From an uncultured Lentisphaeraceae bacterium (GTDB lineage: Bacteria > Verrucomicrobiota > Kiritimatiellia > RFP12 > UBA1067): a DNA stretch of 64,000 nucleotides. Each line of letters starts with the position of its first letter. Position 1 is the stretch's first letter. The translations under genes were made by a program, and so were the position numbers. A model generated the notes under the pieces. That model did not search any database. It worked only from the letters and a program-made list of their open reading frames with translations, and was not told the DNA's origin. Positions 36,365 through 46,004 of the stretch are shown one piece after another. Location: assembly GCA_964567665.1 (NCBI GenBank), contig CAZMNN010000005.1:13752-77751 (forward strand), written 5' to 3'.

Positions 36365-38599
36365 GTGTTTGTAAAGGTCGCGATAGACCTTGCCCTCGAC
36401 CGGCTCTTCACCTATGAAGTGCCGGTCGAACTGTCTGGGGACATCCGCGTAGGGCAGCTGCTCCGGGTTCCGTTCGGACATCGCGAAGCGAGAGGGTTTG
36501 CGCTGTCCGTCGAATCTGCGAACGGCGAAGGCGGCGGGAAGCCGTCGTCTGTGCCGTACAGGATCAAGCCGATACTTGGCATTGCAGATCCTGCTCCGTT
36601 CTTTTCGCCGGAGATGCTGCGGCTTGTCAGGTGGATATCGGCATACACCTGCTCCCCTATCGAGATGTGCCTCAAGGCTGCGGTTCCGGCGGCGGTGCTG
36701 AAGCCGAACGCAAGGCCGAAGGAACTGCTGTTTGTCGAGCCGGTTGACGGCTGCAAGGCGGATTTGACGGCGTACCAGAGAAAGCTGCTTGATAACATCG
36801 TGCGCGTGGGTGGCGGCTGGATGCAGCCACTTTGCCGCGAATTTTCGACTACGCCCGCAACCATGCGTACGCTTGCCGGGAAGGGCGCGTTGCGCATTGC
36901 GCCGCGTGCGCAGCGACGCGACCCGCTCGCCGGACGCAATGTGCTGGCGTCCAAGCCGCTTGAGCTGAACGATATGCAGCGTGAGGCTCTGAAAGCAATC
37001 ACAGGGTGTGAGGACGGCGCATCCGCAGACGACACAAGCCGGGCGCAGGGCGTTCCGCGCCCAATTCTTCTGCATGGCGTCACCGGATCCGGAAAGACCG
37101 AGGTCTATCTTCAGGCGATTGCGCACGGGCTTTCATGCGGACGCGGCGCGATAGTCCTGGTGCCGGAGATATCGCTTACGCCGCAGACTGTCCGCAGGTT
37201 CGCCGGGCGCTTTGGCGGACAGGTTGCGGTGCTGCATTCAGCGCTTTCCGACGGTGAGCGGTACGACGAATGGCATCGCATCCGCACGGGGGACGCAAGG
37301 GTTGTCGTCGGGCCGAGAAGTGCGGTGTTTGCGCCGGTCAGAAACCTTGGGCTGATTGTCGTGGACGAAGAGCATGACATGAGCTACAAGCAGGACGAAA
37401 CGCCGCGCTACAATGCGCGTGACGTCGCCGTGATGCGCGGTGCGTTCGAGCGGTGCGCGGTCGTGCTTGGTTCGGCAACGCCTTCGCTTGAGACGTGGCA
37501 CAACGTCCAGTGCGGCAAGTACGGGTTGGCATCGATGGCATCCCGCGTCGCTGGACATCCTATGCCGGTCGTCCATCTCGTCAATCTTGAGGAGGAATGT
37601 GAGGCGTACGCCTCTGCGCCCATATTCTCAAAGTTCCTGCTTGATGCCATCGCCGAACGGATCAGGCGCGGAGAGCAGACGATCCTGTTCCTGAACAGGC
37701 GGGGCTATTCGCGTGTGTACGAATGCAGAGGCTGCGGCGGTGTTATGACCTGTCCGAACTGTAGTGTCGCGTACACGTACCATTCGGCGGACAGATGTCT
37801 CAGATGCCACATCTGCGGCGGTTGGATGCTTCCGCCGGCATCGTGTCCTGACTGCGGTGCGCGTGATTTCTCGTGCGTCGGCGTGGGTACGCAACGTGCA
37901 GAGCAGGCGCTCGTAAAGTGCTTTCCGTCCGCCCGCATACTTCGCATGGACGCAGATTCGACGTCGCGAAAGAACTCCCACGATGACATACTGTCGAAGT
38001 TCCGTTCACGCGAGGCGGATATCCTGATAGGAACGCAGATGATTGCGAAGGGGCTAGACTTCCCGAACGTAACACTTGTCGGTGTCCTGAACGCCGATGC
38101 ATCGCTGAACATGCCGGATTTCCGGGCGGCGGAGCGAACCTTCCAGCTGATAGCGCAGGTTTCGGGAAGGGCTGGACGCGCAGAGAAGCCGGGCGAGGTG
38201 TTCATCCAGACGTTCCACCCAGACGAGTTCTCGATACGAGCGGCGGCAGATGCCGATTTCGTGAGGTTTGCGGAGGCGGAGTTGAAGGAGCGGAGGCTGG
38301 CCGCTCTTCCACCCTACATGAAGTTCGCCACGGCCGTGTTCCGGTCAAAGGACTGCGGACAGGCTCAACGCTGGGCAGATCTATACTCCAAGTCGCTTGC
38401 GAAGTGCCATGGACTTACCGTGACGGAGGCCATTCCGCCGGCTCTTGAAAAAGCGGATGGGTGGTACCGGTTCATGGTGCAGATCAGGTCTGAGGCATCC
38501 AAGAGCATCGCAGCCGCATGGCGATGGATAACGGATGCCCGTCCGTTGCCGAAGGATGTACGCGCCGCAATCGACATTGATGCGTTAAACGTGATGTAG
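36365..38599 (+). CDS. priA: primosomal protein N-prime (replication restart helicase PriA)
   Basis: Walker A LLHGVTGSGKTEVYLQAI, DEEH box, Cys-rich zinc-binding insert (CPNCSV...CLRCHICGG...CPDCGA); GTG start. Confidence 0.85.
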   Translation: MFVKVAIDLALDRLFTYEVPVELSGDIRVGQLLRVPFGHREARGFALSVESANGEGGGKPSSVPYRIKPILGIADPAPFFSPEMLRLVRWISAYTCSPIEMCLKAAVPAAVLKPNARPKELLFVEPVDGCKADLTAYQRKLLDNIVRVGGGWMQPLCREFSTTPATMRTLAGKGALRIAPRAQRRDPLAGRNVLASKPLELNDMQREALKAITGCEDGASADDTSRAQGVPRPILLHGVTGSGKTEVYLQAIAHGLSCGRGAIVLVPEISLTPQTVRRFAGRFGGQVAVLHSALSDGERYDEWHRIRTGDARVVVGPRSAVFAPVRNLGLIVVDEEHDMSYKQDETPRYNARDVAVMRGAFERCAVVLGSATPSLETWHNVQCGKYGLASMASRVAGHPMPVVHLVNLEEECEAYASAPIFSKFLLDAIAERIRRGEQTILFLNRRGYSRVYECRGCGGVMTCPNCSVAYTYHSADRCLRCHICGGWMLPPASCPDCGARDFSCVGVGTQRAEQALVKCFPSARILRMDADSTSRKNSHDDILSKFRSREADILIGTQMIAKGLDFPNVTLVGVLNADASLNMPDFRAAERTFQLIAQVSGRAGRAEKPGEVFIQTFHPDEFSIRAAADADFVRFAEAELKERRLAALPPYMKFATAVFRSKDCGQAQRWADLYSKSLAKCHGLTVTEAIPPALEKADGWYRFMVQIRSEASKSIAAAWRWITDARPLPKDVRAAIDIDALNVM

Positions 38600-38626
38600 A
38601 ACAGACAGGCGAACAATGCCGGGAAA

Positions 38627-38703
38627 TGGTCGGAGCGGAGGGATTTGAACCCTCGGCCTTTTGGTCCCGAACCAAACGCGCTACCAGACTGCGCTACGCT
38701 CCG
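38627..38703 (-). tRNA. tRNA-Pro (anticodon CGG)
   Basis: Reverse complement CGGAGCG-TA-GCGC-AGTCTGGTA-GCGC-G-TTTGG-TTCGGGA-CCAAA-AGGCC-GAGGG-TTCAAAT-CCCTC-CGCTCCG-A-CCA (77 nt). Confidence 0.85.
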
Positions 38704-38741
38704 AAAACACAGGATAGACATCTGTGTCAAAAACGGCGCGA

Positions 38742-38750
38742 AGTATATCA
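38742..38750 (-). promoter_or_regulatory. tRNA promoter, extended -10 TGATATACT followed by discriminator CGCGCCG
   Basis: Same architecture as the promoter of the other tRNA-Pro; leader contains hairpin ACACAG-N10-CTGTGT (38706-38727). Confidence 0.45.
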
Positions 38751-38925
38751 CTTGCGGCATTTGAAGTCAATACGGAATTTTGCGTAAAAGCATGGCGCGT
38801 GAAGTCTGGCCGAGCCAAGGCCAACAGGCGTTCTGGCGGGGAGCCGCGCAATGAGGTAAATGCCCATACGCCGTGCGCGTCGGGCGATGCCATCGGACGG
38901 GAATGCGTAGGTGGCTTCTTTTTGT

Positions 38926-38956
38926 TTGCGCAACTGATGGCGCGATGTGATATAAT
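38926..38956 (+). promoter_or_regulatory. promoter TTGCGC-N19-TATAAT with TG extension (TGATATAAT)
   Basis: -10 at 38951-38956, about 40 nt before ATG 38998. Confidence 0.4.
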
Positions 38957-38997
38957 TGTGCCGTTTTGTCTCATTTGGTTGAGCCAAAGGTTGCGTG

Positions 38998-40044
38998 ATG
39001 AGCATTTTCTACGACAAGGTGGCCGACAGGATCGGCAAACTCGATGCAGAGGGGTTGCGTCGTCAATATAAGGCGTTAACGGACGAAATAGGCTTTTTCG
39101 AGTCTGTTTTTGATTCGTTAGACGAGGGTATTGTCGCCCTTGACGAAAAGGGCGATGTCAAGTACGCCAATGCCGCCGGTCACGAACTCATGCCGCTGCT
39201 CGGCTTAGACAAGGAGTTTGCCTCTGACGCTCGCATTGCGGACGGAATATCCGTCAGGGAGATGGAGATAACCTACCCTGAACACAGGATCGTCGAGGTA
39301 AAGCGAATCGGCAACATAATCAAGCTTCGGGATGTGACCGCAAAGCGGGCGAAGGATGCCGATGCGATAGAGAGCGGACGCGCCGATGCCGTAGGGGAGA
39401 TGGCGGCATCGATGGCGCATGAGATCGGTAATCCGCTGAATGCGCTTTCTCTCAACCTGCAGCTGCTGAAGCGCAGATACCCGGAAGAGCCGGATCTTGC
39501 GATTGCGCAGCGCGAGCTGGAGCGTCTGAACGGAATCATAAGGGAGTTCCTCGGTGCATTCCGTCCGGCCAAGGCCAAGCTTGCTCCGGGATCTGCCGCA
39601 GATTCGCTGAAGGACGCCCTTGCGGCGCTGAAGAACGTGTTTGAGGATCGTCGCATCAGCGTCGCGCTTGACCTTCCGAGGACGCTTCCCGCAGTCGCCA
39701 TCGACCGCGCACAGATGGAGCAGGTGTTCTTCAACCTGATGAAGAACGCCCTTGAGGCGATGAAGGACGGCGGCAGCCTTTCGATCGAGATTGTGCCGGA
39801 CGACACTTCGGTGTCGATTGCGTTCCGCGATTCGGGCGCCGGCATGAGCGACGAAACGCTTGCGCGGCTGTTCGAGCCGTACCGTACGACGAAGAGAAAG
39901 GGCACCGGTCTCGGACTTATGATATCGCGGCGCATCGTCGCCGCGCATGGCGGCGAGATAGCGGTTTCAAGCGAGGCGGGCAAGGGAACCACGTTTACGG
40001 TGCGTCTGCCGCGTCTTGAGAAGCGTGTGAGGGAATTGACATGA
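38998..40044 (+). CDS. sensor histidine kinase (PAS plus HisKA plus HATPase), NtrB-like
   Basis: H-box MAHEIGNPLNAL, N/G boxes (FNLMKNALEAM, GTGLGLMISRRIV); no TM segments; coupled to the downstream NtrC-type regulator. Confidence 0.75.
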   Translation: MSIFYDKVADRIGKLDAEGLRRQYKALTDEIGFFESVFDSLDEGIVALDEKGDVKYANAAGHELMPLLGLDKEFASDARIADGISVREMEITYPEHRIVEVKRIGNIIKLRDVTAKRAKDADAIESGRADAVGEMAASMAHEIGNPLNALSLNLQLLKRRYPEEPDLAIAQRELERLNGIIREFLGAFRPAKAKLAPGSAADSLKDALAALKNVFEDRRISVALDLPRTLPAVAIDRAQMEQVFFNLMKNALEAMKDGGSLSIEIVPDDTSVSIAFRDSGAGMSDETLARLFEPYRTTKRKGTGLGLMISRRIVAAHGGEIAVSSEAGKGTTFTVRLPRLEKRVRELT

Positions 40045-41366
40045 AGGACAGGATACTGATTGTTGACGACGAAAAGGACACACGCGATTTCATGGCGCGT
40101 GCGCTTTCCGTGAAATATGAAGTGGTGACGGCCGCAGATGCCGAGCTGGCGATGCGTCAGTTTGAGGCGGATGCATCGATCCGCCTTCTGCTCTCCGACG
40201 TGCGTATGCCCGGCGAAGACGGAATTACGCTGATGAAGGCGGCGAAGGCCTCCCATCCGAATCTCGCCGTAGTGCTGCTCACGGCGTTCGGATCGATAGA
40301 TCAGGCCGTCGCCGCGATGAAGGACGGGGCGGACGACTTTCTGACGAAGCCGGTTGATTTGGATCAGCTGGAGCTGAGGGTCGAAAAGGCGCTCAAGGCC
40401 CACAAACTTGAGGCTGAGGTCGAAGGGCTTAAGGCGCAGCTTGACGAAAAGTACGGGCTTGGCGGAATCGTGGGCAACTCCCCGGCGATGCAAAAGGTGT
40501 TCCGCATGGTGAAGCAGGCGGCTCCGACAGATGCGACGGTGCTGCTTGAAGGCCCGAGCGGAACGGGCAAGGAACTTGTCGCCCATGCCATACACAACCT
40601 CTCCTCACGGGCAAAAGGGCCGTTTGTGGCGGTTGAGTTTGCGGCGATAAGCCCGTCGCTGCTCGAATCCGAACTGTTCGGACACGAGAAGGGGGCGTTC
40701 ACCGGCGCCGTGTCGAGACGGCTTGGACGCTTCGAGGCCGCCAACCACGGCACGATATTCCTGGACGAGATATCGGAGATGCCTCTCGAACTTCAGGTCA
40801 AGCTTCTCCGGGTGCTGCAGGAGCGTGAGTTCCAGCGCGTCGGATCGAACGACACGGTAAAGACCGACATCCGCATAGTCGCGGCGACGAACCGCGATCT
40901 TGCCGCCTACGTCCGTGCCGGAAAGTTCCGTGAGGATCTGTACTACCGCCTCAATGTGATAGACATCCATCTGCCTGCGCTGAAGGAACGCGAAGGGGAC
41001 ATACCGCTTCTTGTCGGACGCTTCCTCAAGGAGTTCGGCGGCAAGACGATTTCGCCCGATGCCATGAAGCTGCTTGCGTCCTATCCATGGCCGGGCAACG
41101 TGCGCGAACTCCGCAACGCGGTGGAGAAGATGTGCGTTCTTTCGTCCACCGGCGAAATCGGAGTGGATGACGTGCCGGATGAAATGAGACGCGGCGGCGC
41201 ACAGGCCATTTCCGCGACCGGTACGCTTGAAGAGACTGAAAAGGCGAAGATACGCGCCGTGCTTGACGAAGTCGGCGGCAATCTCACCAAGGCCGCGCAG
41301 CGTCTCGGCATAGCCCGCCGCACCATCTACCGGAAACTTGAGAAGTACGGCATCAAGGCCGATTGA
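40041..41366 (+). CDS. sigma-54-dependent response regulator (NtrC/AtoC family)
   Basis: Receiver domain, AAA+ sigma54-interaction domain (GPSGTGKELVAHAIH, GAFTGA, ESELFGHEKGAFTGA), C-terminal Fis-type HTH. Confidence 0.85.
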   Translation: MKDRILIVDDEKDTRDFMARALSVKYEVVTAADAELAMRQFEADASIRLLLSDVRMPGEDGITLMKAAKASHPNLAVVLLTAFGSIDQAVAAMKDGADDFLTKPVDLDQLELRVEKALKAHKLEAEVEGLKAQLDEKYGLGGIVGNSPAMQKVFRMVKQAAPTDATVLLEGPSGTGKELVAHAIHNLSSRAKGPFVAVEFAAISPSLLESELFGHEKGAFTGAVSRRLGRFEAANHGTIFLDEISEMPLELQVKLLRVLQEREFQRVGSNDTVKTDIRIVAATNRDLAAYVRAGKFREDLYYRLNVIDIHLPALKEREGDIPLLVGRFLKEFGGKTISPDAMKLLASYPWPGNVRELRNAVEKMCVLSSTGEIGVDDVPDEMRRGGAQAISATGTLEETEKAKIRAVLDEVGGNLTKAAQRLGIARRTIYRKLEKYGIKAD

Positions 41367-41423
41367 GTTTAAGGCCGGAGAACGATACCGGCGGGAAACG
41401 GCGATTCGCGCCAGTGCGCCGAA

Positions 41424-41765
41424 TCACTTCCTCTTTGCGCCGACGCTCTCCGGCGTCACGCCGTTGGCCTCAAAGCCCGCCTTGGCGATGGCCATCTCTA
41501 TGTTCTTCTTGGCGAGCTGCATGGAATCGTAGCGCAACGCAAGCTTTCCGGACTTCCTGTCAAACTTGAGGGACGACTTCTCGATTCCGCCGAACATCGC
41601 AAGAGACTGGCGTATCGCAGGCTCGGTCTCCGCCGACAGCGCCGGGATGGAAACCTCGAAGTCGCGCACGTCCGTGCGGCGGCATCCGGCGAAGACCATG
41701 ACTGTGGCCGCAGCGGATGCCGTCATCACGGCGCGGAAGATGCGGGAGGTTGTCTGGGCTTTCAT
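41424..41765 (-). CDS. small lipoprotein (114 aa), hypothetical
   Basis: MKAQTTSRIFRAVMTASAAATVMVFAGC lipobox; AAGGA SD; the ORF track gives a longer N-terminally extended ORF that is unlikely to be real. Confidence 0.4.
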   Translation of the reverse strand: MKAQTTSRIFRAVMTASAAATVMVFAGCRRTDVRDFEVSIPALSAETEPAIRQSLAMFGGIEKSSLKFDRKSGKLALRYDSMQLAKKNIEMAIAKAGFEANGVTPESVGAKRK

Positions 41766-41821
41766 TGTCTGCGCGTCCTTTCGTTTTTTCCTGTTGACCG
41801 AGCGTTCCGCCGTGGCGGATG

Positions 41822-43348
41822 TCATTGCCTTGCCGTGAATATCGCCGTAACTGCGTAGTACGGGTCGCTTGTGTAGCGGCAGCCGAGACGGCGAAGCCCC
41901 GCCTCGTCGCCAGGCGTTGCCATGTGCGTCATGTGGACTTCGCATCCGCGAAGTTCGTTCAGCCTTTCTGCGGCAATCGCCGCCGCCGGGTTTGTGGCGC
42001 ACGATATGGCCAGGCCAATCAGGGCCTCATCAAGGTTCAGCGACGTGTAGCCGCCCTTGAGGATGTCGTGCTTGACGTGCGTGATCGAGCGGATGATTGA
42101 TTGCGCGATGAGCGGAATCTGCTCCGGAATGCCAGCCAGAAGCTTTATGGCGTTCAGCATCATCGCTGCGCAGGCGTGGAGATCGTCGGAGTTTCGTCCA
42201 GTCACTATGCGCCCGTCCTTGAGCTGTATGGCTGCGCCGGAGACGATGTTTCCGCCGGCCTTGCCCTTGCCCGCGTCCTTCGCCGTCTGCGCCGCCTGTC
42301 GCGCCGCCACAACCGGAATGCGGTCTTCCGTCTTGAGGTTGAGTTTGCGCATCAGAGCCTCGGCACGGTTCATTGAATCGCGGTCTACGCGTCCGTCGGT
42401 GAAGTCGCACTGGTAGCGGAGGAACCTGCGGATGACCTCCTGCTTTGACGCTTCGCACACAATCCTGTCGTCGATGATGCCGAACCCTATGCGGTTCACG
42501 CCCATGTCCGTGGGTGACTTGTACGGACATTCACCTTTCGTCATGCGCTCCCATATCGCCTTGAGCAGGGGATATGCATCAACGTCGCGGTTGTAGTTGA
42601 CGGTCGTCTTCCCGTACGCCTGAAGATGGTACGGGTCGATCATGTTGCAGTCCTTGAGGTCAATCGTCGCCGCCTCGTACGCCACGTTCAGCGGGTGCTC
42701 AAGCGGCAGGTTCCACACGGGGAACGTCTCGAACTTTGCGTACCCGGCTCTCGCCCCGCGGCGGTATTCGTGGTATATCTGCGAAAGGCACGTGGCGAAC
42801 TTGCCGGAGCCGGGGCCGGGGGCTGTCACAACCACGATGGGACGCTCCACGGGCACGTACTCGTTCTTGCCGTAGCCCGCCTCGGAGACGATCGTCTCGA
42901 CGTCAGCGGGATACCCCTGCGTCACGTAGTGGTACCATACGCTTATGCCCTGCATCTCAAGACGTCTGCGGAACTGCTGAGCCGCGATCTCCCCGGTGTA
43001 GCGCGTAATCACGACTCCGCGCACGAGAAGCCCCAGCGTCTTCAGGTCGCCGATCAGCTTCAGTGCGTCGTCGGCGTAGGATATCCCGAAGTCGGCGCGC
43101 ATCTTCTTGTGTTCGATGTCGCCGGCGTAGATGGCAAGGATGATCTCGGCCTGATCCTTGAGCGACTGCAGAAGGCGGAGCTTCACGTTCGGGTCGTATC
43201 CCGGAAGACACCTGGCCGCATGGAAGTCGTTCATCAGCTTGCCGCCGAACTCAAGGTAGAGCTTGCCGAGCTTTTCCGCTCGGCGGCGAATCTCGTCTCC
43301 CTGCTCGCGCAGGTACTTCTCGTTGTCAAATCCCAGTTTCATAGACAT
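41822..43348 (-). CDS. DUF1846 (UPF0371) family protein
   Basis: N-terminus MKLGFDNEKYL...LYLEFGGKL...DFHAARCLPGYDP resembles UPF0371 proteins as I recall them; 508 aa; function unknown. Confidence 0.55.
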   Translation of the reverse strand: MSMKLGFDNEKYLREQGDEIRRRAEKLGKLYLEFGGKLMNDFHAARCLPGYDPNVKLRLLQSLKDQAEIILAIYAGDIEHKKMRADFGISYADDALKLIGDLKTLGLLVRGVVITRYTGEIAAQQFRRRLEMQGISVWYHYVTQGYPADVETIVSEAGYGKNEYVPVERPIVVVTAPGPGSGKFATCLSQIYHEYRRGARAGYAKFETFPVWNLPLEHPLNVAYEAATIDLKDCNMIDPYHLQAYGKTTVNYNRDVDAYPLLKAIWERMTKGECPYKSPTDMGVNRIGFGIIDDRIVCEASKQEVIRRFLRYQCDFTDGRVDRDSMNRAEALMRKLNLKTEDRIPVVAARQAAQTAKDAGKGKAGGNIVSGAAIQLKDGRIVTGRNSDDLHACAAMMLNAIKLLAGIPEQIPLIAQSIIRSITHVKHDILKGGYTSLNLDEALIGLAISCATNPAAAIAAERLNELRGCEVHMTHMATPGDEAGLRRLGCRYTSDPYYAVTAIFTARQ

Positions 43349-43395
43349 GGTTCAAAGTGCAGGGAGTTCAGTGTTTCGCGACGCAGGACGGGGCG

Positions 43396-43962
43396 TCAGC
43401 GGGCGTTGAGTTCGTCGAGTATCTTCTGTATCTTCGTCTTGCACCGGCCGCATCCGCCGCCGGCCTTGGTGAAGTTCGTGACCTCTTCGACCGTCGTGAG
43501 GCCGTTCTCCGTGATCACTCGCCGGACTTCGTTCTCGCTCACGTTGTAGCAGGTGCACAGAATCTCGTCCTCAAGGTTGCGGTCGGCGTTGTCGCCCGTC
43601 TCGTAGTTCTTGATTGCGGCCTCAAGCGCTTCACGCCCCATCACGGAGCAGTGCATCTTCTGCGGAGGCAGCCCCCCAAGATAGTCGGCTATGTTCTGGT
43701 TCGTTATCTTCTTGGCTTCCTCAAGCGTCTTGCCGATCACCATTTCGGTGAGCGCCGAACTGGACGCAATCGCGGATGCGCAGCCGAACGTCTGGAATTT
43801 CGCGTCCTTTATCCGCCCCGCCTCATCCAGCTTGAACTGGAACGTAAGCGCATCTCCGCAGGCGAGCGAGCCGACAGTCGCCGTTCCGTCGGGATTGTCC
43901 ATCTTCCCCATGTTCCGCGGATTGCGGAAGTGGTCAAGCGTCTTCTCAGTGTAGTTCCACAT
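43396..43962 (-). CDS. nifU: NifU-type Fe-S cluster scaffold (IscU-like domain plus BFD-like [2Fe-2S] domain)
   Basis: GSLACGDALTFQ, FGCASAIASS, HCSV cysteine triad; central CTCYNVSE...GGGCGRCK. Confidence 0.75.
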   Translation of the reverse strand: MWNYTEKTLDHFRNPRNMGKMDNPDGTATVGSLACGDALTFQFKLDEAGRIKDAKFQTFGCASAIASSSALTEMVIGKTLEEAKKITNQNIADYLGGLPPQKMHCSVMGREALEAAIKNYETGDNADRNLEDEILCTCYNVSENEVRRVITENGLTTVEEVTNFTKAGGGCGRCKTKIQKILDELNAR

Positions 43963-44086
43963 TTTCTGTTAACCTCAAAGCACACGATTATACCAAAACG
44001 CCATTTCGTTTTAAAGCGTCGCATGGACGCTGGCGGCGTTCCGCATTCGCCGTTGTCGCTGGCGGCGAATGCACGGTCTTGCCGGC

Positions 44087-45778
44087 CTACTGATCCTCCG
44101 TCACGCGCATGATCTCCCTGACGGACGTCACGCCCTTGAACGCCTTGTGCCAGCCGTCCTCGCGAAGGGTCTTCATGCCTTTCGCAAGGGAGAGTTCACG
44201 GATCTGCGTCGCGTTCTGCCGCTTGATGATCGCCGACTCGATCTCGTCGTCAACCTCAAGCACCTCGAATATCGCCCGCCGTCCCTTGTAGCCGGTCTTT
44301 GAGCAGTGTTCGCATCCGACCGGCTCGAACACGGTGTCTTTCTCCGGCGGATACGGGAGGTCGTAGTACTTCATGTTCAGCGGCGCCTCCTTCATGCATT
44401 CCGGACACAGCCTTCGGGTGAGACGCTGCCCCATCACGCCGGCCACGGCGGAGGCGATGAGGAACGGCTCCACGCCCATGTCGGTAAGACGCGGGAACGC
44501 GCCTGCGGCGTCGTTCGTGTGCAGGGTCGAGAACACCATGTGACCCGTAAGCGAGGCGTTGATTGCGATTTCGGCCGTCTCCCTGTCGCGGATTTCGCCG
44601 ACCATTATCTTGTCCGGATCCTGTCGCAGGAATGCGCGGAGCGTGCGGGCGAAGTCCAGACCGATATCCTTGTTCATCTGCACCTGGATGATGCCGTCCA
44701 TCTGGTATTCGATCGGATCTTCGGCTGTGAGAATGCGCACATCCATCGTGTTCACTTCGTGCAGGAAGGAGTAGAGCGACGTCGACTTGCCAGAACCCGT
44801 CGGGCCGGTCACGAGAAAGATGCCGTTCGGACGGCGTATGATCTTGTCCACAACGGCGAAGTCGCGCTCGGAGAACCCGAGATCCTTCATTTTCACGAAG
44901 CTTCCGCTCTTTGCGAGCAGACGGAGGGAGATGGATTCGCCCCACGCTCCCGGCATCGTCGATACGCGGATGTCGATGTCCTCTCCGCCGATGCGGATGC
45001 CGATGCGTCCGTCCATAGGCAGTCTCTTCTCGGCGATGTCGAGGTTGGACATCACCTTGATTCGCGAAATGATTGCGCTCTTCAGCCTGTTGAGCTGCGG
45101 CGGCACATCCACCTTGTGCAACATTCCGTCGATGCGGTACCGTATGCGCAGCTCCGTCTCCTGCGGCTCGATGTGGATGTCCGTTGCGCCCTGCCTGTCC
45201 GCCTCGGCGATGATCCTGTTCACGAACTTTACGATGCTCGCCTCTTCGCCTTCGGCACCGACGTCGATCTTCGAGATGGCGGCATCCATGTCGTCCACGG
45301 AGTATCTGCCGTCCTCAAGCATCTTCTCGACCGCCTCTGCGCCGACGCCATAGAACTTCTTCACGGCCTTGTCGATGTCCTCGGCCGGGGCGAGCGCGAT
45401 GTGCACCGGGCATCCGGCCGCAAGGCGCAGACCGTCGGCGATCGCCGTGTTGAACGGATCCGCCGCCGCGATGGTCAAGGCATTGCCGTCGAACCTGATC
45501 GGAAGTGCGTTGTACTGATACACCGCCGACGCCGGAAGCTTTGCGATGACGTCCGGACGCGGCTGGATCTTTTCGATGTCCACGTATTCCAGCCCAAGGA
45601 CGGACGCGATCTTTTCGAGGAACAGCGTCTCCTTCTCTCCGCCGAACTTCAATATGCCCTCAAGCAAAGGCATCCCCGGATTTGCCGCCAATCCGTCGTC
45701 TATGCGCCCAAGGGCGACATCGGAATATAGACCGGTGGCCTTGAGCAGCCCCTCGGCCAGTTTTGAAACCTGTTTCAT
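44087..45778 (-). CDS. type II secretion / type IV pilus assembly ATPase (GspE/PilB family)
   Basis: Walker A GPTGSGKST, Asp box, His box, tetracysteine CPEC...CEHC motif, N-terminal T2SSE_N domain; no gspF or gspD adjacent. Confidence 0.85.
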   Translation of the reverse strand: MKQVSKLAEGLLKATGLYSDVALGRIDDGLAANPGMPLLEGILKFGGEKETLFLEKIASVLGLEYVDIEKIQPRPDVIAKLPASAVYQYNALPIRFDGNALTIAAADPFNTAIADGLRLAAGCPVHIALAPAEDIDKAVKKFYGVGAEAVEKMLEDGRYSVDDMDAAISKIDVGAEGEEASIVKFVNRIIAEADRQGATDIHIEPQETELRIRYRIDGMLHKVDVPPQLNRLKSAIISRIKVMSNLDIAEKRLPMDGRIGIRIGGEDIDIRVSTMPGAWGESISLRLLAKSGSFVKMKDLGFSERDFAVVDKIIRRPNGIFLVTGPTGSGKSTSLYSFLHEVNTMDVRILTAEDPIEYQMDGIIQVQMNKDIGLDFARTLRAFLRQDPDKIMVGEIRDRETAEIAINASLTGHMVFSTLHTNDAAGAFPRLTDMGVEPFLIASAVAGVMGQRLTRRLCPECMKEAPLNMKYYDLPYPPEKDTVFEPVGCEHCSKTGYKGRRAIFEVLEVDDEIESAIIKRQNATQIRELSLAKGMKTLREDGWHKAFKGVTSVREIMRVTEDQ

Positions 45779-45899
45779 TGCCGCAGATTATCCCATAATC
45801 CTCCGCCGAACGCAACCGCCGCGAAAAACTTCCGTCCGTCGGCAGATTTGCCGCAAGAAAGCCGGACTGCGAAATGAAAGAAAGTTGATGATTTTGCTT

Positions 45900-45913
45900 G
45901 CGCATGGATGCGC
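45900..45913. repeat. palindrome GCGCATGGATGCGC just upstream of a TATGAT -10-like hexamer (45916-45921)
   Basis: In the divergent intergenic region between gspE and the low-GC gene; operator-like; second palindrome CCCTCGCGAGGG at 45951-45962 in the 5-prime UTR. Confidence 0.3.
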
Positions 45914-46004
45914 GATATGATACCTTTCCCTCCGTCAACAGAAGAGTCGGCCCTCGCGAGGGGCGGACTTTCCGTCGTTCGCGGGAAAAGCAAAGGAAAA
46001 CACA

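Noticed and set aside
34096-38703. rhaA / pilin / priA segment as an integrated island flanked by tRNA direct repeats
   Set aside because: Both flanking tRNAs are full-length, distinct isoacceptors rather than a gene plus a partial repeat. priA is core replication machinery. GC is uniform and no integrase is present.
38365-38760. 131-aa and 63-aa minus-strand ORFs (and 33917-34144)
   Set aside because: They overlap the tRNA-Pro genes; the DNA is explained by the tRNAs and their promoters.
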